The notes under the pieces were generated by a model. It was not told where the DNA came from, made no database searches, and worked only from the letters and a program-made list of their open reading frames with translations. A stretch of 64,000 nt of DNA from Candidatus Pacearchaeota archaeon. GTDB lineage: Archaea > Nanobdellota > Nanobdellia > Pacearchaeales > UBA284. The stretch is from contig JAWAPZ010000002.1 in NCBI GenBank assembly GCA_038894195.1, positions 20,401-84,400 of the forward strand. Reading direction: 5' to 3'. A program made the translations under genes and the position numbers. Positions within the stretch are counted from its first letter, which is position 1; the number at the start of each line of letters is the position of its first letter. Below are positions 51,558 through 59,061 of this stretch, one piece after another.

Positions 51558-51896
51558 ATGACATGGCGTGAGCACATTTCAAAAGATATAAGGCCATTTA
51601 TTGAGAAGTTAATTTCAGAAAGCATCAAAGATAAAAGTTTGGAAAAAGCCAAAGATCCAAGTAAAGCGCAACTTTGGATTGCTCTTGGAATTCTTGCAAA
51701 GCAGAACTATAATCTTGAATTAAAAACTAAGTACCTCGAGCAAGCCTTGCGTGATGTTTTGCCAAGAGGAAAAACGAAAACCCAGGAAACTTTGAAAGCA
51801 GAAGCTGAAGTTGAAAAATTCATTTCAGATATTGCTCAAGGAAAATTAAAAAGGAAAACAAAAAGTAAAAGGAAAGAAATAAAAACAAATTTCTAA
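51558..51896 (+). CDS. hypothetical helical protein with a K-rich tail (112 aa), orphan operon gene 3
   Basis: Starts 4 nt after the upstream stop. No recognised motif. Confidence 0.55.
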   Translation: MTWREHISKDIRPFIEKLISESIKDKSLEKAKDPSKAQLWIALGILAKQNYNLELKTKYLEQALRDVLPRGKTKTQETLKAEAEVEKFISDIAQGKLKRKTKSKRKEIKTNF

Positions 51897-51932
51897 CAAA
51901 ACCTTTATAAATTCTCTTCGTTTCTTGAATAA

Positions 51933-52310
51933 ATGAAAACTATTTATGCGACCGACGCAAAGCCGGGGACAGTAATTATCGTCGAGCAAGAACCTTGCAC
52001 GGTTAAAAGCCTTGATGTAAGTAAAACAGGCAAGCATGGTGCAAGTAAATGTAGAATCGAAACTATTGGAGTTTTTGATGGCAAAAAAAGAATTATAGTC
52101 GTGCCAGGTTCCGAACGTTTTGAAACTCCCTTGATAGAAAAAAAGCGGGCCCAGGTTTTGTCGGTTCAAGGAAATAAAGCAAATATAATGGATTCGGAAA
52201 CATTTGAAACTTTAGATATCGAAATTGAGGAAGGCCTTGATGTAAGCGAAGGGGCCAGCATAGAATACTGGCAATTCGGAAATAAAAGAATGATAAAGAG
52301 AAAGGTATAA
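51933..52310 (+). CDS. eif5a: translation initiation factor aIF5A
   Basis: Hypusine loop VSKTGKHGASKCRIE. 125 aa. Confidence 0.95.
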   Translation: MKTIYATDAKPGTVIIVEQEPCTVKSLDVSKTGKHGASKCRIETIGVFDGKKRIIVVPGSERFETPLIEKKRAQVLSVQGNKANIMDSETFETLDIEIEEGLDVSEGASIEYWQFGNKRMIKRKV

Positions 52311-52480
52311 TGGTAAAAATAGATGCTGCTCAGAAAAGGATTTTCACAAATGTTTTTATTTGTAGAAAATGCAATTCAAAAATCCGCGCGCAACCAAAAA
52401 AAATTGCAGAAGGTAAGGTAAGATGTAGAAAATGCAAAGGTAACGTATTCAGAACAAAAAAGAGAAAAACGAGTAAATAA
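52310..52480 (+). CDS. rpl40e: ribosomal protein L40e (eL40), 56 aa, not in the ORF track
   Basis: Hand translation gives MVKIDAAQKRIFTNVFICRKCNSKIRAQPKKIAEGKVRCRKCKGNVFRTKKRKTSK*. It has a C4 ribbon and a TAATG overlap with the aIF5A stop. Confidence 0.8.
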   Translation: MVKIDAAQKRIFTNVFICRKCNSKIRAQPKKIAEGKVRCRKCKGNVFRTKKRKTSK

Positions 52481-52481
52481 G

Positions 52482-53873
52482 ATGGAATTTCTATACTATG
52501 ATTTAATTTTTCTTGTAATTTTTTGTTTATTTGTTTTCTTTTTTCTCCGTGCTAAAAGAAAAAAAATTCAAAGAGAAGGAGTAATTTTTTTATATAAAAC
52601 AAAGTTGGGCTTAAGATTTATTGACAGAACAGCAAAGAAATTTAAAAAAATACTTGACCCATTAGGAAACATTTCAATAGTCTCAGGATTTACCATGATG
52701 GTAGCAATTTTTTATTTTCTTATAAAATCAATTCTCTTGACAATTAAAATCCCAATAAATGTGCCACCAGTACTGCCCCTCTTCCCTTATATTCCGCAAG
52801 CATTCAAATTGCCTTTGCCACCGTTCTATTTTACATACTGGATTATAATAATTGTGGTCATAGCAGTAACCCATGAGTTTGCTCATGGCATTTATTCACG
52901 CTATAATAAGGTGAAAGTAAAATCAACAGGTTTCGGTTTTTTGGGCCCTTTCCTTGCTGCATTTGTTGAACCAGATGAAAAAGGATTGGAGAAGAAAAAA
53001 AGCAAGGCCCAATTGGAAGTTTTTTCAGCAGGTTCTTTCTCGAATCTAGTTTTTGCTGTAATTTTCATGCTCACACTACAACTTTTTTTTATACTAGCCT
53101 ATCAACCTGCGGGGATATCTTTCATGTTTAGTTATTCTTCTTTAAATATTTCTGAAATAAAAAGTATAGGATCCTATAATGTCCAAGAATTCTTCAACTT
53201 ATCAGATAAAGAACTTGCAACAATAAACAAAACTCTGGCAGTGCAAACAGAGAATGATACCTATTACATGAACAAAGAATTAATAAGTGAAATTCCAAGT
53301 TCAAGAAAAATAATAGAAAAGTACAATCGAATTATAGTTTATGATGATACTCCAGCATTCAGGGCTGGTCTGGAGGGTGGCTTACAAAAAATCGACAATT
53401 ATACCATCAAAAAAGTAGAAGACGTTTCTAAAGTGCTTTCAAGTTATAGGCCGGGAGATAAAGTAAAAATAATTACTAGCGAATCCGAGTATGATCTAAT
53501 TCTAGGAAAGCATCCGCTTAATGAATCTACACCGTATCTTGGAATTTCATTCCAGCAAATGAGGGGGGCAAATCTAATACTCTCTTCCTTAACTTCGCCA
53601 TTTTTCTCGCCACACACTTACGTAAAGGCCAGGGGAAATGAAAAAACAACAATATTTTTTCGAGATTTGCTTATATGGCTTGTTCTAATCTGTTTCTTTG
53701 TAGCCATCTTCAACATGCTACCGGTAACAGTACTAGATGGTGGGAAGATGCTTTTTGTTTTAACATTTGCTATAACAAAATCAAAGAAAAAAGCAAAATC
53801 TGTACTTGGAGCAGCTTCTTATATAGTTCTTTTATTAATACTTGCAATGATATTCGTATGGTTAGTTGGATAA
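52482..53873 (+). CDS. site-2 protease family M50 metalloprotease with a PDZ domain
   Basis: VTHEFAHGIY (HExxH), a PDZ-like segment PAFRAGLEGGLQKIDNYTI...YRPGDKVKIIT, and FNMLPVTVLDGGKM. Confidence 0.85.
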   Translation: MEFLYYDLIFLVIFCLFVFFFLRAKRKKIQREGVIFLYKTKLGLRFIDRTAKKFKKILDPLGNISIVSGFTMMVAIFYFLIKSILLTIKIPINVPPVLPLFPYIPQAFKLPLPPFYFTYWIIIIVVIAVTHEFAHGIYSRYNKVKVKSTGFGFLGPFLAAFVEPDEKGLEKKKSKAQLEVFSAGSFSNLVFAVIFMLTLQLFFILAYQPAGISFMFSYSSLNISEIKSIGSYNVQEFFNLSDKELATINKTLAVQTENDTYYMNKELISEIPSSRKIIEKYNRIIVYDDTPAFRAGLEGGLQKIDNYTIKKVEDVSKVLSSYRPGDKVKIITSESEYDLILGKHPLNESTPYLGISFQQMRGANLILSSLTSPFFSPHTYVKARGNEKTTIFFRDLLIWLVLICFFVAIFNMLPVTVLDGGKMLFVLTFAITKSKKKAKSVLGAASYIVLLLILAMIFVWLVG

Positions 53874-53904
53874 AATTTTAAACTGTAGAATTTTCATTTT
53901 GCCA

Positions 53905-53976
53905 GGGCCGATGGTCTAATGGTAGGACGCAACCTTCGCATGGTTGAGATTCTGGGTTCAATTCCCAGTCGGTCCA
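53905..53976 (+). tRNA. tRNA-Ala(CGC)
   Basis: Acceptor GGGCCGA/TCGGTCC with G3:U70, anticodon stem CAACC/GGTTG, loop TTCGCAT, T arm CTGGG TTCAATT CCCAG. Confidence 0.9.
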
Positions 53977-54166
53977 TAATTTTTTTTCGCAACGATAAAA
54001 ACTGGAAATTTTTTCTAAAAATAAAAAATTTAAAAAAATATAGAAAAGTATTTAAAGAAAAAACAATTTTACTTCACATAAAAATTTTAAAAGAGGTTTC
54101 AGATGGCAAAAAAGAAAAAGAAAAAAAAGAAAAGATAAACGTTTTTTTCTTTTTTCTTTTTTTATT

Positions 54167-54529
54167 CTAGAATTCTATAATTCCATCCTTCGTTAATGCA
54201 ACAAATTTTATTCCTATCGGTAAACTTATCAAAGAAGAAATAAGGGCCATATGCTCTTTGCCATCTCCTGAAGCTATTGATAATGCAACCTCGAGCCCAG
54301 AAAATTTTCCTTGCAATTTTTTCTTTAAATTTTCAATTATCTCCTTAATTGGTTTATTAAAATTTATAGTTATAATTTCCGCTTTTTTAGAAAAATCAAA
54401 ACTACTAACCCTAGAACTAGCAAATTCCGAACAGATCAAGAATACTTTATCCCAATTTCCACGATTAATTAATCCAGCTACCTGCCCCCATGTTCCTTTT
54501 CCTGACGATAACAAAGCAACCAACTCCAT
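54167..54529 (-). CDS. small alpha/beta hypothetical protein (120 aa)
   Basis: MELVALLSSGKGTWGQVAGLI...SIASGDGKEHMALISSLISL. A Rossmann-like, ligand-binding flavour is speculation only. Confidence 0.5.
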   Translation of the reverse strand: MELVALLSSGKGTWGQVAGLINRGNWDKVFLICSEFASSRVSSFDFSKKAEIITINFNKPIKEIIENLKKKLQGKFSGLEVALSIASGDGKEHMALISSLISLPIGIKFVALTKDGIIEF

Positions 54530-54626
54530 TGTTGGATTATTTTATTTTAATTTATAAAGATTTATGTGAAAAAAAACAATAAAAAAATTTAGTAAAGTTT
54601 AATAATCCTTAAGTTTTGAAACACTC

Positions 54627-55073
54627 ATGAAAGAAAATGCTCTTGCTGAGATTACATTAAGAAAGTATGAAAGACCTCTTGCTTTGAAGGAGCGGGATCT
54701 TGCAAAAAAAATCTGTCTTTCTTTAGGATTGCTACAACCAGGGGATTCTAGAGATATTGTTGTCGACATTCTGGTTGTCCTAAAAAAAGCACGAAGAGAT
54801 AAAAAAGAATTGACATCTAACGAAATTCAAAATAAAGTTATAGAATACAGAAAAAACAACAATCTTGAGCTCAAAGGAATTGCCGAGTCAAACATAAGGA
54901 GACAATTAAAAAGACTACGTGATTTATTTCTTGTCGAGAAGAACGCCAATACCTACAGGATTTCAGAATTCTCGAATTTTGCAGAGATTTTCCAGGATAA
55001 AATTGAAAAAATCTATGTAACAAGTATAATTCAAAGAATCAAAGAGTATCTTAACGAATTTGACAAAAGTTAA
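54627..55073 (+). CDS. putative winged-helix DNA-binding protein (148 aa)
   Basis: ELTSNEIQNKVIEYRK...ESNIRRQLKRLRDLFLVEKNANTYRI has an HTH-plus-wing pattern. Confidence 0.5.
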   Translation: MKENALAEITLRKYERPLALKERDLAKKICLSLGLLQPGDSRDIVVDILVVLKKARRDKKELTSNEIQNKVIEYRKNNNLELKGIAESNIRRQLKRLRDLFLVEKNANTYRISEFSNFAEIFQDKIEKIYVTSIIQRIKEYLNEFDKS

Positions 55074-55151
55074 CCTTTAAAAACCCTGTTTGTTTTACAT
55101 CATATCCGTTACTACTACTCCAAAGACCGACTAAGGACGTAGGAGGAAAAA

Positions 55152-55778
55152 ATGGATTTTTTAGAAGCTCTCAGAGAATTAAGAGAAAAAACAAAAAAAA
55201 GAAATTTTGATCAAACATTAGACCTAATAATAAACCTAAAAGATTTTGATGTTAAGCGTGAGTCTCTCAGTATAGTTGTTCCTTTACCACATCCGTTCAA
55301 GAAGAAAAGAATAGCTGCTTTTTTAGAAAATCCCGGAGATTACGAATTCTTAGAAAAGATAATTACAAAAACAGAAATGGAAAAAATGACCCAAAAAGAC
55401 ATTAAAAAAATGGCTAAGAAAGTCGATTTTTTTATTGCTAATGTTAAGTTGATGCCAGCAATCGCATCAAAATTTGGCAAAATTCTAGGAAGCTTAGGAA
55501 AGATGCCGGATCCTTCTCTTGGATGCGTCATTGCACAAGAGGACAAAGAAACAATAAAAAAGGCCTTGGAGAAACTAAACATAGTAACAAAAGTAAAAAC
55601 AAAAGAACCAAGTATAAAAATAGCGATAGGAAAAGAGAGTATGCCAAATGAAGATTTAATAAAAAATATAGATAGTGTTCTTAAAACAGTAAAAGAAAAA
55701 CTTCCAAAAAAAGAAATGAACATAAAAAATGTTATGCTTAAATTTACGATGAGCAAAGCTCTTGAAGTTAAAAAATGA
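55152..55778 (+). CDS. rpl1: ribosomal protein L1 (uL1)
   Basis: ALRELREKTKKRNFDQTLDLIINLKDFDVK...; GGAGG lies 6 nt upstream of the ATG. Confidence 0.9.
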   Translation: MDFLEALRELREKTKKRNFDQTLDLIINLKDFDVKRESLSIVVPLPHPFKKKRIAAFLENPGDYEFLEKIITKTEMEKMTQKDIKKMAKKVDFFIANVKLMPAIASKFGKILGSLGKMPDPSLGCVIAQEDKETIKKALEKLNIVTKVKTKEPSIKIAIGKESMPNEDLIKNIDSVLKTVKEKLPKKEMNIKNVMLKFTMSKALEVKK

Positions 55779-56584
55779 AAAAAGAAAAACAAGATTTTTC
55801 TAAGCAAAGAAAAAATTCAAAATTTTTTGAAGAAAAGAAAAAATTAGTCAAAGATTTGATCAACCACATAAAGGAGTATGATACAATAATGATAGTTTCG
55901 ATAGAGGGTATTCCATCTTCACAACTCCAGAAAATTAAAAAAGAAATAAAAGATATTGCCATTTTAAAAGTCTGTAGAAAGAAACTTGTAGAGAAAGCTT
56001 TCAATGAAGCTTGTTCTGAAAAAAAGTATATAACAAAAATGCTTGAAAAAAACCAAGGAAACTATGCAGTACTTTTCTCAAACAAAGATGCCTTTGAAAT
56101 TGCATTAATCTTACAAAAAAATAAAATTTTTGCAAAAGCAAGAGCAGGGCAGATTGCACCACAAGACATTGTGTTAGAAGCAGGCCCTACAGATCTTCCG
56201 CCACCAGCAATATCTGAAGTAGCTAAATTAGGGGTAAAAGCATCTATTGAAGAAGGAAAAATATTTATAAAAGAAACTAAACAACTAGTAAAAAAAGGCG
56301 AAAAAATTCCAGAGACGATAGCCAACACTCTGGGGGCTTTAGAAATAGCGCCCTTCTCCATTACTCTTAAAGTACTTGCTGCTTATGATTCTAAATCAGA
56401 AAAAGTTTATTTTAATCTTAATGTTAGCCCTGAACAAGTACTGCAGGATTTGAAAGAATCATCTCTAAAAGCATTTGAATTTGCTCTAACTATAAACTAT
56501 ATATGCAAAGAAACGATAAAGAATTTACTTGCCAAAGCCTTCATACATGGTAAGATTTTAGAAAAATTTAAAAAAGTAAACTGA
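55775..56584 (+). CDS. rplP0: ribosomal stalk protein P0 (uL10), short form without an acidic C-terminal tail
   Basis: ATGA overlap with L1. KKKLVKDLINHIKEYDTIMIVSIEGIPSSQLQKIKKEIKD. 269 aa, ending ..GKILEKFKKVN*. Confidence 0.85.
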   Translation: MKKEKQDFSKQRKNSKFFEEKKKLVKDLINHIKEYDTIMIVSIEGIPSSQLQKIKKEIKDIAILKVCRKKLVEKAFNEACSEKKYITKMLEKNQGNYAVLFSNKDAFEIALILQKNKIFAKARAGQIAPQDIVLEAGPTDLPPPAISEVAKLGVKASIEEGKIFIKETKQLVKKGEKIPETIANTLGALEIAPFSITLKVLAAYDSKSEKVYFNLNVSPEQVLQDLKESSLKAFEFALTINYICKETIKNLLAKAFIHGKILEKFKKVN

Positions 56585-56595
56585 ATGAGAAAAAA

Positions 56596-56874
56596 ATGGA
56601 ATATATATATGCGGTTTTACTTTTGCATAAAGCCGGAAAAGAAATCAGTGAAGAAAATATGAAAAAAGTTATAGAAGCTGCAGGAGCAAAAGTAGATGAA
56701 TCAAGCATAAAAAGCCTTGTTGCTTCATTAAAAGGAGTTGACATTGAAAAAGTCCTGAGTGAAGCCAAAACACCAATTCAACAAACACAAATACAACCTG
56801 AAAAAAAGGAAGAGAAGAAGGAAGAGAAAAAAGCAGAAGAAGCTGCAGAAGGTTTGGCTGCTCTATTCGGATAG
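56596..56874 (+). CDS. rpl12: ribosomal stalk protein P1 (L12e)
   Basis: MEYIYAVLLLHKAGKEISEENMKKVIEAAGA...KKEEKKEEKKAEEAAEGLAALFG*. Confidence 0.9.
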   Translation: MEYIYAVLLLHKAGKEISEENMKKVIEAAGAKVDESSIKSLVASLKGVDIEKVLSEAKTPIQQTQIQPEKKEEKKEEKKAEEAAEGLAALFG

Positions 56875-56878
56875 GAAG

Positions 56879-57337
56879 ATGGATATCCTTCTTTTAAGTA
56901 TTCTACTAAGCCTTGCTCCTATATCCGAACTAAGAGGAGCAATTCCCCTTGCAATAACCTCTGGGACAAACCCCTTGGTCGCATTTCTTGTCTGTGTGGC
57001 TTCTAACTTGCTAGTTGCGCCATTTGTTTTTTTCTTGCTAGATAAAATTTATTTTTTAATTTTTAGAAAAACATTAAAAGAGCATGGAATAATTCAGAAA
57101 TTAAAGAAAAAAAGTTTAGAAAAAAACTTCAATCGCTACGGTTTTTTTGCATTGACCATCTTTGTTGCGATTCCCTTTCCTTTAACAGGTGCATGGTCGG
57201 GAAGTTTAATTGCGTGGGTTCTTGGATTTGATGAAAAAAAAGCTATTGCAGCAGTCTCTATTGGTGTTGTGATCGCCGGGGTTATAGTAACCCTCATCTC
57301 TCTCGGAATTATCGGGTTTTTGCTTTTTTTATTATAA
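56879..57337 (+). CDS. small multidrug-export-like membrane protein (COG2426 family)
   Basis: The ATG at 56879 gives MDILLLSILLSLAPISELRGAIPLAITSGTNPL. The track N-terminus overlaps P1. Confidence 0.6.
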   Translation: MDILLLSILLSLAPISELRGAIPLAITSGTNPLVAFLVCVASNLLVAPFVFFLLDKIYFLIFRKTLKEHGIIQKLKKKSLEKNFNRYGFFALTIFVAIPFPLTGAWSGSLIAWVLGFDEKKAIAAVSIGVVIAGVIVTLISLGIIGFLLFLL

Positions 57338-57824
57338 ATTTTAAATCAGAATAAATAGGTATTTCTTTCAATTTAAAAATTAGAGAACACAAAAACCAGA
57401 TTACAACAACAAAAACAATGCTAAGATACCAGAAGACTAGATGTATTGCACCAAATGCCCCGCCGTTTTCAAGGACAATTATAGAAATCAAAAGCCTAAC
57501 AAGATTTACTACAAGAAATATGGCTGCAGAAACGACAAAAAGTTTTACTCTTTTAAAAAAACTTACTCCTGGAATCAGTAGATTCAATAATAGCAATAAC
57601 AGATATGCAGAACCTGCCACACAAGCATCAACAAGTTCGACAGAAACAGAATTAATTAAAAACAGAGTTCCAGAAATTTGGACCCGGTAAAATAATGATA
57701 ACAAAAAACGAAGAAGCAAAAAGGTAACTGGTTTAAAAACAAGGTAAAAAAAATTAAATTGAAAAGCAAGTATCACAGAAATAATCGCGAGTGTGTATCT
57801 TAAAAAAAACCAAACCCATTTCAT
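57309..57824 (-). CDS. exosortase/archaeosortase-family transpeptidase, minimal 171-aa form
   Basis: Polytopic. Ordered Cys/Arg/His motifs are present: SVELVDACVAGSAYL, FLVVNLVRLLISI, GAFGAIHLVFWYL. Confidence 0.65.
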   Translation of the reverse strand: MKWVWFFLRYTLAIISVILAFQFNFFYLVFKPVTFLLLRFLLSLFYRVQISGTLFLINSVSVELVDACVAGSAYLLLLLLNLLIPGVSFFKRVKLFVVSAAIFLVVNLVRLLISIIVLENGGAFGAIHLVFWYLSIVFVVVIWFLCSLIFKLKEIPIYSDLKFIIKKAKTR

Positions 57825-57880
57825 TTTTATTAAACTATATTATACAAAATTTATTTAAATATCTTTACCGTTCTCTACAA

Positions 57881-58438
57881 ATGAGAAAGCAGGTCATTTG
57901 GCTAATACTAGTGTCGGTTTTAATGACTATATTCTTATTTTTTGATTACCAATTGCTTTTACTTATTGATCTTATCAAATTCTCTGCCCTAAATTCATTT
58001 TTCTCAGTACTACTTTTTATACAATCAGAACCTTATTATGAAATTTGGTTGTTACTATTCATGCTTATTCTAATGCTAACGATTAAGGAAAAAAATAGAT
58101 TCCCTAAGTTTATGCTCGCGTTTGCTGTAGCTGCTTTTGTAAACCTTGCCCTCAAAAACATATTTTCTAGACCACGGCCAATCGGCGGTTTAGAAAGTGG
58201 ACAAGGAAAATCATTCCCTTCTGGTCATTCAACATTAATTTTCACGACCTTGCCATTTTTAGAAAAAAAAACAATAAAGTTCATATGGACAATTTTTACT
58301 TTTTTACTTGTTTTCGCAAGGGTTTATTTTAAAATACATTTTTTAAGTGATATTGCAGCAGGATTTATATTGGGTTATGGCTCTGCATTTCTTTTTAAAG
58401 AATTAAACTTGAAAAGAACAAAAAAAGATGCCAGATAA
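57881..58438 (+). CDS. PAP2-family lipid phosphate phosphatase
   Basis: The ATG at 57881 is used. Motifs are KNIFSRPRP, PSGHS and ARVYFKIHFLSD (the three acid-phosphatase motifs). Confidence 0.8.
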   Translation: MRKQVIWLILVSVLMTIFLFFDYQLLLLIDLIKFSALNSFFSVLLFIQSEPYYEIWLLLFMLILMLTIKEKNRFPKFMLAFAVAAFVNLALKNIFSRPRPIGGLESGQGKSFPSGHSTLIFTTLPFLEKKTIKFIWTIFTFLLVFARVYFKIHFLSDIAAGFILGYGSAFLFKELNLKRTKKDAR

Positions 58439-59024
58439 AAAAATAACAAGACAGATTCTGCATATGATAATCGGTACACTCATAATAATTGGTTTAATTC
58501 TTGTAGAGAGACCATTAAGTTTAGTTATACTTTTCTTATCATTTCTTGCTGCAGTCCTCCTCTCCTTGCTTGCAAGAAAAATAAAAATTCCAATAATAAT
58601 TTGTCTTACAAATAAGTTAGGGAAAAAAGATGAAGAAAAATTCCCTGGCAAAGGTCTAATCTTTTTACTTGCCGGTTGTTTATTAACCGCAAAATTATTC
58701 CCGCTTGATATCGCGCTAGCTTCAATAGCTGTACTAACTTTCGGAGACCCAACAACATGTCTTGCGAGAAAAGCTCTAACAAAAAAACCTTATAAAAAAG
58801 ACCGAGTATTTAAGGGATTTGCGGGGATTATTGGCTTAGTCGTTTCGTTTTTCGTAGCCTTCTTTTTTGTTTCATCGCTCTACGCGGCTGTAGCTGCAAT
58901 TGCAGGAATGCTAGCTGAATCTATCGCAATAAAAGTGGGCCAAAATGACGCTGATGACAACTTGATAGTCCCTTTAGCCTCCGGAACCGTTCTCTACCTT
59001 CTACGATTTTTAATTAAAATCTAA
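58428..59024 (+). CDS. polyprenol/dolichol kinase-like membrane protein (CTP-transferase-1/Sec59-like)
   Basis: Polytopic. LTFGDPTTCLARK...FKGFAGIIG...DDNLIVPLASG. It overlaps the PAP2 gene by 11 nt. Confidence 0.45.
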   Translation: MPDKKITRQILHMIIGTLIIIGLILVERPLSLVILFLSFLAAVLLSLLARKIKIPIIICLTNKLGKKDEEKFPGKGLIFLLAGCLLTAKLFPLDIALASIAVLTFGDPTTCLARKALTKKPYKKDRVFKGFAGIIGLVVSFFVAFFFVSSLYAAVAAIAGMLAESIAIKVGQNDADDNLIVPLASGTVLYLLRFLIKI

Positions 59025-59061
59025 AGATAAGGTTTAAATAAATCATAACGCTTAAAAAATC

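Noticed and set aside
54103-54138. A mini-ORF MAKKKKKKKKR* preceded by an SD-like GAGGT.
   Set aside because: It is a translation of a poly-A/G tract that forms an A-rich/T-rich imperfect palindrome. This is more likely a bidirectional terminator between tRNA-Ala and the 54167 gene, and it does not resemble L41e.
53919-54170. An 83-aa track ORF that starts inside tRNA-Ala(CGC).
   Set aside because: It overlaps the tRNA gene and then runs through an A-rich spacer, giving a K/F-rich low-complexity translation.
48033-56874. A broken secE-spt5-L11-L1-P0-P1 cluster: no L11 gene follows spt5 and none precedes L1.
   Set aside because: The observation holds, since spt5 is followed by a convergent membrane gene and L1 is preceded by a wHTH gene. 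However, separation of L11 from L1-P0-P1 occurs in several archaeal lineages, so it is not anomalous in itself.
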